This document shows, piece after piece, positions 37,380 through 49,300 of a DNA stretch of 64,000 bases (its first letter is position 1; each line of letters begins with the position of its first letter). A program made the position numbers and the translations under genes. The notes under the pieces were generated by a model. The model had not been told where the DNA came from. It did not search any database and saw only the letters and a program-made list of their open reading frames with translations. This DNA is from Phoronis australis (lineage: Eukaryota > Animalia > Phoronida): NCBI GenBank assembly GCA_002633005.1, contig NMRA01000308.1:438305-502304 (forward strand). Direction: 5' to 3'.

Positions 37380-38070
37380 AAGGACCACGATGCCCTCGGG
37401 ACCACAATACCCTCAAGATCACGATGTCCTTGAGACTGATGCCCTCGGGACGACAATGCCCTCAGGACCACGATACCCTCAGGACCACAATGTCCTCAAG
37501 ACTATGATGCGCTAGGGACCATGATGCCCTCGGTACCATGATACAGTCGGAACCATGATGCCCTCGGTACCATGATACAGTCGGAACCATGATGCCCTCG
37601 GTACCATGATACAGTCGGAACCATGATGCCCTCGGGACCACGATGCCCTCGGGACCATGACGCCCTCAGGATCACGATGCCTTAAAGGCGAAGGCAACCT
37701 TTTTCCACGTCATTTTGACCTAAAATAAGGTTGGTTGGTTATCCTAGACATATTTTTCACTTAATTACAGCTTTTCGTAATTTTATTAATTACTCGTCTG
37801 CTTTTCCGGAAGTGACGTTTTAGGAGGCAAGCGCTTCCCGCCACTTGGGTTTGCGTTGAGCTTACTGTGCGAATCTGTTCTATTCTACTTTTGTTTTGTG
37901 CTATTTTTCACCAATTGTCGCCACCACTTTCCATCGGCGAGTATTCTGCGGCAAGATAGGTTAGTAGAGAACTCAACTGCNCGGGACCATGACGCCCTCA
38001 GGATCACGATGCCTTAAAAACAACGATGCCCTTGGGGCCACGATGCCCTCAGGACAACAATGCCCTAAGG
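37380..38070. repeat. 17-bp degenerate minisatellite (GGACCACGATGCCCTCG), interrupted at 37686-37981
   Basis: Direct inspection. Confidence 0.8.
37686..37980. mobile_element. Left end of a TTAA-inserted (Kolobok-like) element, cut by a contig join
   Basis: Starts TTAA|AGGCGAAGG inside a 17-bp array; the same flank reappears without the insert after the N at 37981. Confidence 0.55.
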
Positions 38071-41000
38071 TCAATATTGAAAGGGTGTGTCTGACCAAAC
38101 AACAATGTCCTGGATCTTTGTTAATTTCTTTGAGGGACATGTACCTTGAGACAAGTGAGCACTGTTGTGTTGAAGATTTGGATACTCTTGTTGAGTAGAC
38201 TGCCAGGCAACGTGGCTGCAGAATCCACAATGATAATGAGGCAACACATTGAATCAAGCAAAGAGGTGGAACTACTAATGACAGAGTAAGGCACATACCG
38301 AGTAGTGCACAAAGGAGAGCTAACTAATAGTCAGAGGGGCACTCTAAGGGTTGAGTAACTGAAGCAGACGTCTAGCTTAGTCAGTACATGTATATACTTG
38401 GGCGGGAATTAGTGAACTATGGTAAACACAGTATCAGGACCCTAAAATATTAGTCCTGTTACACCTGTAATATGATGCAGGTGAATGATGGTGAAAAACG
38501 CCTTTGTGTCGATGTCTGCGGAGGCTGTGGGTTACAAAGTCGCAATCTACATTGCAAAACTACGCTTGACTCAAGTTTTAATTTTCAAAGTTGGTTCAGT
38601 AAAAATTTAATGATTGTGTATTGTTAGTTCAGACTTCGACCAATGTAACACATACAAGTTGAGTGAATGATGAAAAATTCTATATTATTCAAGAAATTCT
38701 TCAGTTCAAATAATTGCTTTTAATAAAGAATTTCTGAGTAACAAGGCGAGTCTTTTCACAGATTGAACTCGACGTTGTTGTCGTTTTTAGTAAAATGTGA
38801 TAACCATACGGTTCGAATTCACGACAGAAAATGTTCTCATAATAAGCAACCTACCCTTTCCAAAAATACACCCAAGTGTTTATACGGTTTCATTTGATGT
38901 TTTTGAAAGGTCATTTTGGAATGTCCACCCATGAGACTATTTTCTGAAATTCCCAGTTTGTGTTATGTGAAGTTGTCCTTAGGTTGCAAATGGTGCCTAT
39001 TAATTACTGTTGAAGTTTTGAACTTTGATCAAAGTTACTTTGGTGCCTCGTTGTTCAGCATATAATTTTTTATTCGGAGTTTTACCAAACTTAACTCAAT
39101 AGTTAAAGTACACATGTTATACATGTTAATTAGCATTGGTATTCTGAAATTGAAAGGGAAAGGCAGAACACAATGTCAGAACAAGAATTCCGGTTCAACC
39201 TACACAAACTAAAGAACTAGGGTTTGCCATCTGACATTGGTTGATGACCTTGAAAGGAATCTTGGATTATCATTAGAAATAGTCCCAGTTCATCTCTAAT
39301 AGGGCAAATTTCCACATGGCTAATTCCCAAAGGCAGCATCTGCTCTGTATGGTGCAGTAAGGGTGGTACTTGTGGTTAGCTTTTGGCTCCTGTGGCATGT
39401 TCACCTCATCCACCATCAACAAAATGAATACAGCAGACAGGCAGAGGATGTATGTCACCCTATGGCAAACTGATGACAATGATATTTATCTGATGTTTCA
39501 GCTCAAAATATAAGCATCTCAGTCTGCTGACGAGTGGATGGAAGAGGCCAATGATGAACATGTCATCTGTCAACAAATAAACTTAGTATCTGAAGATGCA
39601 GGTACTTTGACCTCCACTAGTGTGAGACTGTGCTTTAATTGATAATTTTGATTTATTGGAAAAAACAAAGTGACAATTTCAAGGAACTTGCATTCACAAT
39701 TTTGTTACCAAGTAGACTAGGACTTGTCAGCAGTTTTCAATCGATCATTCGGTAATTCAGACAACACCACAGGCAAAGATGACAATTAGTTTATTATTCA
39801 TTCCCCACTGACAGGATTGAAATTCCAAAACACAACAATCTTTGTAGCATAGTTATAGTTTCGTTAATCCGACAGGATTAAATTCCCAAAACAGGCTCGA
39901 TTTGGGAAATGACTGAATCTGCGAAAATAGGATTGAATTCATAAAACACTGTAGGATCGACTTTTTGAAATACAATTAAAATTATAAAATACGTCTGAAC
40001 TTTCAAATAAGGTTGAATTTTTAAATATAATTTAATTAATACAAGCATTTCCCACAGAGAGACTAATGTAAGCTGTCCCCCCAACGGAGGATGTACCACA
40101 ATTGGCTGGCGCCAGCAGATGCCCAACCTGCACCTCGGTACAACATATGAAGACAGTTCAAAGCCTCTTTCTGGAGATATCGCACCAACAACATTTTCTA
40201 GAAAAAATTTTTGTGTAAAATGAGAGTGACACACTATATAGGCTGCGTGCCAATTTTAAACCACTGTGGTCTTTTGTATTGCGCTATGATGGGCGCTAGC
40301 CTGAACTGTGGGCGCTTAATTGGAAATTCTCAAAGGTTGAACGCTTAGTAAATCAGTGAGCACTTATTACAAAACACTTCAAAGGTAGGGAGTAGGCTTG
40401 TGCGTGAGCATTGTCATTAACCTGAGTGTTTGCAGTAATAAGATATTAAAAGACTGCAACGGTAAGAAACGTTATTATAATACGATTTTGCGAGACAAAC
40501 TCCATCAAGTATAGGGGTGACTTTCTGGATATCGTTACCACCTACACTGTACCCTTATTAGCCACCTGGAATAATTTAGTTTTTAATTGCCCCCTTCAGC
40601 TGGAACAAGATTGTTTCTATTGGAGTCTGAACATTTTACTGCGACCGTGTTCCAGGGAGCGAAAACTTGCCAGGGGGTGTATGAAGAGAAGAATAAAAAG
40701 TTCGCTGACCACAATTTCACATCTAGTACCCGTTTAGTTGCAATAGCTGGCTACGGGAATAGAATATAGGGTTTAGGGAACATCCACCTCGGGAAACATC
40801 GTCACAGGAAATATCAGTTCTGGTTATATCGGTCCCGGGGAATATCGGGTCTTTTATAAGCGCCAGGAATCTATGAGTTCACTTTCAAATAAACCTCTGG
40901 CATGTACCCGGATGCTTAACAGAGCCAAGCCGGTATACTCTTTCATTTAGGACTGTAGCTGTTCTCGTTTGATGTGCAGCTTTGAAGTGGTGTGCACGCA

Positions 41001-41689
41001 TGAGTTCACGCACTGGTATCGCTGGAGTAGGCCTACACTTTACGTTGACAACAACGGGTGAAAGTCAAATCATATTTCACACACGTAACCCCAGAAACAA
41101 GTAAAGGCATTCGAGAATTTCTTGGTAACTGACGTGGCCGTCGTCTGGCGATTAATAGGGTTGTCATTTTCACTTTGGCTGTCATATGCAAAAAAAATGA
41201 GACACACATCTCTAAGTCACTATTGTCTGCCGGGACCGCTTGCCACTAACAAAGGGACCGATCAGTGCCGCAGTGCCGGCAATATCAGGTGGATATTTGG
41301 ACATCTTACGCGAAAAATAAACATATTTGTCTACCACAAAGTTTGATAAGTTGATCGCTTAAGGATTAGTAGAAACACCGTCGTTTTGTGACATTTTATC
41401 ACGTGTTATGCAGTGGCCCGAAACTTTCCGGCCCGAATCCGGAAATTTGCAAAAGCGGTCGAAAATATTAGGCAATGAAACGCGTCAAAAATCGATTCTG
41501 CATATCCCATGTCCACGCGACTTGCTTACATGTACAAGTCATCAGGAGGGCTGTTCTCGGTTGGTGTTCTTTTGAACTTGGATTTGGCAACAACCAAATA
41601 ACGGTCGAATTAACAAGAGTTGCTTTATATTTGCCAGGTATCTGCCGAGAAGGGTCAAAACTCAGCTCGCATACGTTGGAAATTCCAGG

Positions 41690-42153
41690 CAGGCCTTTAT
41701 CCAAGATTTTGAAAATAGGGTGTCCAAAATGGGGTTCCCAATATTCCAGGGCGTCCATGATTCCGTCGCGTAACCCCCCACCCCCAGCAATACCCCCACA
41801 CACAGATTTTTTTACAAAAAATTGCATAGATCAAGGTTTTTACACCTAAGTTTATACAACAGCCTTCTTTGGTGAGCATTTTTACTAAAAAAATTTGTAG
41901 ACCAAGACTTTTACAATGCTGTCAATCAAGTGTCAAAATAGCAACAATGCATATACTTTGTATATACCTTGCATATTTCTTCCTGCTTTGAAAAAAGAGC
42001 CCCCACTGTGAGCCTTCAGAGGCTTCCCAGTATTTATTACAATGAAACCAAACTTGCAAGGTTCCTATTGACAGTGGGCCTCCAAATGATACATTGGGTG
42101 GCCTTGCCAGGGCTTCCACATTAGTGCTAGGACCTACGCTGCATAAAGGCCTG
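41690..42153. mobile_element. hAT MITE nested in an older hAT-like element that ends at 42259
   Basis: TIR CAGGCCTTTAT / ATAAAGGCCTG with perfect 8-bp TSD ATTCCAGG; host resembles 23735-23870 in reverse. Confidence 0.8.
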
Positions 42154-43279
42154 ATTCCAGGTCGCATTTAGCGACTTGAAACGAGCTGAAAAAATCTCAG
42201 CTCGCATTTCCACATTTCAGGTCGCAAATGCGACCTGCGGCTCATTCTTTCAAGCCCTGCAGCACTGTGATGAACGGACATACATACAGACGGACGGTCG
42301 TGAATATACTATTACTATGCCCCCCCCCCGGCATTGACATGTGACAGAAGACAAAAACAGAAGTCAGAATATATGTTGGCTTGAATTTTCAAAGCAGAAT
42401 TGATTTTCATTTTAAGTCACATTGAATTTATAAATAGTATCTAATTTAAAAAGTAAGATTTTTTTCATTTTTACTTTAAGCTGCTCATAATTTTTCATAC
42501 TTTTTTAAATGAAAAATGTTTGAAAAAATATTAAATTTCCTTCCTTCTGTTGATATAACAAATGGTGCATTAATATTTTAACAACTGAATTAATGCTATT
42601 ACTTGGCACATTTCGCACTCAAAGTAATTAATGCAATTGATTTCTCCTGGGGTCAGATTTTTTTTGCTGCCAGATCAGATGACTGGTTCTGAACCAAATG
42701 CCAGGAAATGCATATCAAATGATTTGTGAAAATTTTCTGAGGCCTCAGCTTTTACAAAACTGTAGAGTCGTTCACTGACTGGAAAGTAAAAGATATTATT
42801 TTCAAGTGTTTCTAACTAGTCAGAAACTAAGAATCTTTTCTATAAATTTACCATGGACAGTTTCTGACGAAATACTAATTGACATCCTAAATTTTACAAG
42901 TTATGACAAGTTAACATTATGATACACCTTGAGCCGAGCTCACAGCCAACTTTAACATGCAAGAGACATTAATTGCAGTCAGTCTGATATAAGTATGCCT
43001 CGTGAACCGGTAAACTTACCAGTAAAACAGCAAAAAGCACTTCTTTACCGATTACCCGCAAGTTTCAGCAATTTTCACGTGAGACATGGAGAAAATATAC
43101 AGACGATATCCGGTATCTATTTTCTCACAAATTATCTGTTTGACCTATTGAGTCCTTGTTTTAATGATTCTGATGCATCTGAAGCTAGCTTAAATAAGAT
43201 TCTTAAATTTTGAAACATCTAAGTATATGTCCTGTAAACTAAAAAATCAACGTTTGTTCGTTGTACAAAAATTATCCCA

Positions 43280-43357
43280 TTAGGATATGACGTCATTGTT
43301 GAGCCTTCCATCTTGAATTTTTCAATCTGCTTTTTGCGCGGCTTGGTTAGCAACGAA
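43280..43357. promoter_or_regulatory. DAW1 proximal promoter region with RFX X-box-like site and CRE; probably bidirectional with SLC16
   Basis: GCTTGGTTAGCAAC (43341-43354, strong RFX half-site, typical of ciliary genes); TGACGTCA at 43288-43295; minus-strand donor CTG|GTAAGT at 43019. Confidence 0.6.
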
Positions 43358-43397
43358 ATGAAGTTGAAACGCTTTCTCCTAAGGTACTATCCACCAG
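43358..43397 (+). CDS. DAW1: DAW1 exon 1
   Basis: [14 protein letters not shown]; donor GTTCGT. Confidence 0.92.
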
Positions 43398-46300
43398 GTT
43401 CGTAACAGGGTTCTTGAGAGAAAGAAAAGAACGCAATGAAGCGTGTCAACGCTTTTCGAGGGATGAGACTTGTAACTATAACCAACTAACTATGTGCAGA
43501 GACTCTAAGTTGAATCCTGATTTATCCCATTTCGACTCGCACTCACTACTACTAGTATACTGGGGAACCCAATGTTCGTCCGCCTAAGCATAAAACCGAC
43601 TTGCTGTTGTACTCACCGAATTATTCCACTTCAAAGTTATGATCTGAATAGGATTCGATTTAACTCTCACAGATATACCGCATTCATCGATTCGGAAGTT
43701 TTCTTTAATTTGTGCCGAGTTATTTCAAATGTGCACTGCCTTCGGCAGCCATTTTATTGTGACACCTAAGTTCGTCATATGCTGCCCCCTTTTGTAAAAA
43801 CTGAGAAACATGCAGAAAAAGGCCAACGAAGTAATGAAAATTGCAACAGCCTGTTTTTATTGACATAAACTCGATTTGAAGCTTTGATGTTGAGCTCTGC
43901 ACTGTGGTTTCCAATAAAAGCCAATTGGACAACATTTCAATGCAGTTTAATGGTGAATGCGTGAGGCAAAATGTTAAGAACCCAGCGTATCGCATTTGTC
44001 TGCGGATTTTTCCTTTGGCCTTCTAGATCCTACTAGTGCCTGGGAAAAACAGATACATTGCATAAACAAACCCTGGATCATGTTTTGTGTCCCGTCGGAA
44101 GAAAATTTAAATTCGAAAACATCTTCTGAAAACGCACAAAAAAGTGTATTAGTAAAATCTACTGATTTTTAAGTGGTTTTAAAAAACAATCGGTAAACTC
44201 ACCGATTTTTGTCTCATTACTTTGATACGTGTCTCTTCCGATAAGTTAGTACCTAACGTGCAGACGAGCACTCCAAATTGGAACGCTAAGTCCCGCGTGG
44301 TTGCGCTGCACGCGAAACAAGATGGCGGACGACCTTTGGAGCCTGACGACAATAGGTAACCGGACTATACTCGTCTCTAGTTTGCTTGCCAGCTGGCTGT
44401 GTATAACTGAATGTCATAACACAACTAGCATTGGATATCAGTAAGAATTAGCATATTTAAGCAAAGCTCACTTTTCTGATAATGGTCGGATTGGTGGATG
44501 CTACACTCCCTACAGCCATTGCTAGACACTGCCTCCCTCTCAACTAGCAGTAGCACAGCAGCAGTAGAGACGGTGGCCATCCCATAGCCATGTGGAAGCT
44601 TCTCGGCGAATTGCACCTCGCACTGATATGACATCATATCTCCTGGTGCAAACAGTATACTTGTGGTACTTTCAGATTCACTATCAACTGTTTATCGAAA
44701 TGCAGCATGTGACTGAAATAGACTTGTAATTAAGTGCAGGCCTATGTACTGACCCAGTTATGTTGCAATGCACTTAAAATTTTTATGCCAAATTGTTTCT
44801 CAAACTGGTTCACAGCACTGCTGATGACCTGGAGGTGGCCTAAAAATCATGAATTCATGATGTGCACATAAATTTCTTGTTTGTTTTTGAAGGTGTAACA
44901 AACATTTAATACATTTTGCTGTCCTTGCTTAAGTCAGTTCTACTTAAGCATGACAAAAATGAATGCGTTCTTCAAAAACCAAAACGCCGTCTAGAGCAAT
45001 CTTTTGTTTTCCTAAATGTGTAAAATTTGATGGTAGTGAATCCAGATCTTGGAGAAAGTGTCACTGAAGGCTATAATTCCAGGATGTTGGTAATGTTGAT
45101 ATCTGCATGGGCACATGAATTGTGGAAGGGAAAGAATGTACCACATGATGTCTGAGTATTATGTGCAATTGAATAAAGCCTCTCCAAATTGCTTGTCAAT
45201 GACACAATTGCTTATCGGCCAATCAGTTTGGATGGATCACTCATCCTAGATCCGATTTTTCTACAATTGTTGTGAATTGCCAAATGTTGTTGAAAGTCGG
45301 TCTGTAAGTGGCTGTGCCACCTGTTGGGATAAGAATTACTCTTGCATGAGAACGTGAACTAAGACAATTGGCAATGGGCGACTTGACGTTTAGTGGGTCG
45401 TATTAATAAAGGTGCGTCTTTTTGACATGTCACATGCTTTAAGAATAGAAAGTAGTTCATATGGATGGGAGCGTTTGTCTATTATGGCTCCCACTTGATT
45501 TAACTGGTGCAGCATTTCTCTGGCTAAGGTCTTTTGCTTCACTAGCAGTAGCTTGTGAATTTGGAGATCCCCATTATTGCTGATTGCCAATCCTATAGCT
45601 CCGTATGCAGGTGTGCCCGTCTGGTCCAGGAACACTTCCTGGTTAGGGGATACTCTGTGGTTACTACTTGTGTACTCACTGCCATTTCAACTGCTTGCTA
45701 ATACTCCTGTGGTAAAAGCTAACTGAACTTAATTTCCATGTTAACTTTCTGGTGGAATAGTACAGAAAGTCACAAACTTGGCATTTAATCTCTTACCTTC
45801 CCATTACCTCATGTCTCTGCTCAGATTTAGGTAAAAGTGTTCACCTTCTTCAGCTATTGCCGAAGGAGGGTGATTGGTGACAAACGGTACGTTCCACTGT
45901 ACTCTGGAAGCTTTTCAGCTACAAATTGACTGTCCTCATCCTGGCTAAAGAATTGTTTCTTTAATACAAGTAACTTTCTTGCATAGATTGGTGCCATCAA
46001 CATCTTTTTAAAGTCCTTCCAACTCGAACAAATATTCCGACAATCACACTTTCGTTCCAGAGGTTGCATTCCTCACCAATTAATGAATGACTCGTGATAT
46101 TTTTGTAGTGCATGTGTCGCATTGCATGTGGACCTTTGAACCAGGTGGTTGTTCAATGTCTTTAGGGTTAGAAATTCACATTTCACCACTAGGATTTCTT
46201 TGTTGAAATGTTGGATTGCTGACAGTTTTGCTTTTTAGGAACAGAATCTATCGTAAAAGAATTCATCATTACTAGTAGTAGAGTAGCTGTTGGAGTTGGA

Positions 46301-49300
46301 AGGATTTTGAAGGTATTGGTAGCCTCCAGAGTTGTTTCTCTGTGCACCAAACGTGCTTAGCCATGTGACTTAGATGGTTTAGCGAGGGTGAGTCATAATT
46401 TTCAGAATTGTTTCCATATTTAGGAGAAGTCGAGGTATGGGTCAAAATTCCCACTGGATGACACCTATTGATGGTGAGCACAGACTGCTCATGCAATTTT
46501 TCTTTTCTATTAGTGACTAAAGTTAGCTCTTTCAATGCCAAGTATTCTAGCACTGCATTTCCTAGAGCCTATAACATTTTGAAGAAACCACTAAACATGT
46601 TGTATAATTGTTATTTGTTAGTGGATTGTTTGGAAACCTTCAGGGTAAGGTGATATTTTTAACATAGGTTAAGGTAGTGCTATGTGGGTAAGAAATGTGC
46701 ATCAATGGTCAATGAAGAGTTTCTTAAAAATATACCTCACCTAAATTTTCAAACTCTGATCTAGAATTGGAAGTTCGTTTAAATTTGCATTGAGTCAATT
46801 TCACATCAGCATTGGTCAGTCTACAAGCCTTTGCATGAATCGCAAGTTGACAGGTAAGTGAAAACAAATTTTCACTTTTAAGGGCTCTTTTAACCGGATT
46901 GTCTGTATGGGTAAGCGTCCACCCTTGGCTTCTACAATTTTGTTTAAGCACCCATTTTCTGCTTGCCACCCACTCTCATTTTTGAGTTGCCAATTAAAGT
47001 GGGAAGTAACCCGGGCAAGTACTCAGGTTAATGCTTAACTTTGATTTTAACAGGCATTATTTTGGAATACGAACAAGGTGGAATTGTCAAGAACAAGTCC
47101 ATAGATTTGCTGGATTTGAGACCAGAGTGAGTAAAGCTGTTAGGATTTCAGCATTAAAAAGGCTTGTTTGCTATTGCTTATGTAGGACAGCGGAACAGTT
47201 TCCAAATTTGGCTAACTTGGGAACATCTACCGGGAGTTTCCGTAGATAAGCCCATGGTCGTGTATTCGTAAATTGAAAATTTTCAGGCGTTTTAGGAACA
47301 CCAAATATACGCCCAGGCATTTATTCAGAACAGGGAGTGTGCCAGTAAATGGAAAGTCATAGTTCTGCTTGACTTGACACTCTTTTACTTTAAATTATTT
47401 TTTAAATTTTTTTGTTGATAAATGTATAGTTTGCCAACGCCTTGTTCGTTTTTATAAATGATAAATGCTCCACAAAACTGAATTTGTCACAAAAAGTTGA
47501 CGCTTAGTGGGCTTTTAAGAGGAAAATTTCCAAACTTCGTGATGCTGTCTGGACTCTTGACACCGCAAGTTGTAACACCAAATAAACGCCCATGAGCGTG
47601 TGTTTGGCATAATTTTCCAAATAGACTCCCTTGGCCGTTTCATCGAGTGGGCTTTTCTACGGCAAACCCCGGTATCTCTGAAATGGCTGGTCAGATTCAG
47701 ATGATCATCTATCTGAAATGGCTGGTCAGATTCAGATGAACATTTCACATGCTATAACATGCTTCTCCAAAATTCTGTTTGGAATTGTTTTTTAAATGTT
47801 CTGTTTTTACATGAAGTGCTACCAAAAATGGAAGAACTCAGAAGTTGTTCGAAAGAAAATGATGTGATGTTTCAAAAAAATGTAACAACGTTTTTGAGGC
47901 ATCCTTTTTGAAAATTTATACCTAATGAAATTAAGGTCAATTGGTACTGTTGTTTTGCAATACACGTATCTTTCCTTTAATTGCTAAATTCCACTAAAAA
48001 GACATGTTCACGTGACCCAATTAAAAACAGATTAGTAAAATGGAGATGAAATCAATATTTACAGGCTTTCTACTTTCAGAACATGTAAGATACTTTTGCA
48101 GTTTTTTTCTATAGTTCTGTAGTAACGTCTGAAGGCTAGTGCATAGTTGTCAGATTTGCTCAGGTTAATACTTAGTACATGTTAATGACCTTCTCAAGTC
48201 AGGAACAACCATATCCCACTATTGCCTTTAGCATAGTTTAGGCATTTTGAACTCTGTCCAGTATTAACTAAAAACTTCAAAAAATAGTAAATCAGTTACC
48301 TGAAAGCTGCTTGAAGTGTCGTCTGCCACAAAGCACTTCTGATTGGATGTATGTGTATTATGTAGAGATTAGGTCATGTGACTCACTGGAATTCTTAGCG
48401 TCCTGCTCATGGTTCAGTTCCTAGTTTCGTTATGAAAAAATGAAAACTATATGATCATGATCTATTGCAGGATTGTTGCAGTCTTTGTTCATGTAGAACA
48501 AATTGTTAAAAATATGATTGTACAATATTTCAGGACGGATACCGATGCTGTAGTGGATGAAATTGCTGGTAAAGAGCCGTTAATAACTTCCTCAAAGACT
48601 GAACAGGTCCGCAAGCTTGTACAACGTATCCTTTGTGGGTATCAGTACATTTTATGTGTGTTACTCTCAAATTGGGATCGTGTCATAATGTGTCTTTTCA
48701 GATGGGCTTCACCTGAAGTGGTCCATTTTAGGTGCGCTACAAGCACAATGTGGTCACATTCATCCATTAAAGTCCTTCTCTCACGCGTTGTTAACCCTTA
48801 TTACATGGTTAGAGGATGTTAGAAGGATCCAAGAAGTACCCCATAACTAATACACGATTCGTACTCGAAAAAAGTTTAAATGAATGCGCCACTCACGATT
48901 CGCACCCAAAGAACCACTGCCATTTTGAACTTGCCGCGAACCCAGAAGTACAATTCATTCAGGAACCCAGGCTAAGAAAACGCCGTCAGTCACTGTGAGT
49001 GCCTGTTACCAGCCTGCAAACGGGGATAAAATAATCGACAGCGCGCCTTAATTTTAATAAAATCAAAATACGGACAATTTTATCGAATAAATTTTGACAG
49101 AAATTATTTTGCTAGACTCGGGACTGCAGCCTATCGGACCCGGTGCCGATCGAGACCAGACACTGGCGAACGGTAAACGCATGCGGTTGCAAGCTGTTTT
49201 ATCGAAGTAAATGGTCAAATCATAAATGCTGCATATATTCAAGGGTAGTTTCAGACACTTGCATGAAATTACGGGCTGGTTAGTCCTGTGTCACACTGCC

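Noticed and set aside
45000-46700. Possible old transposase or nested gene on the minus strand in DAW1 intron 1
   Set aside because: Only short ORFs and a vague TSWNY resemblance to the hAT TRWNS motif; nothing I can support without a search
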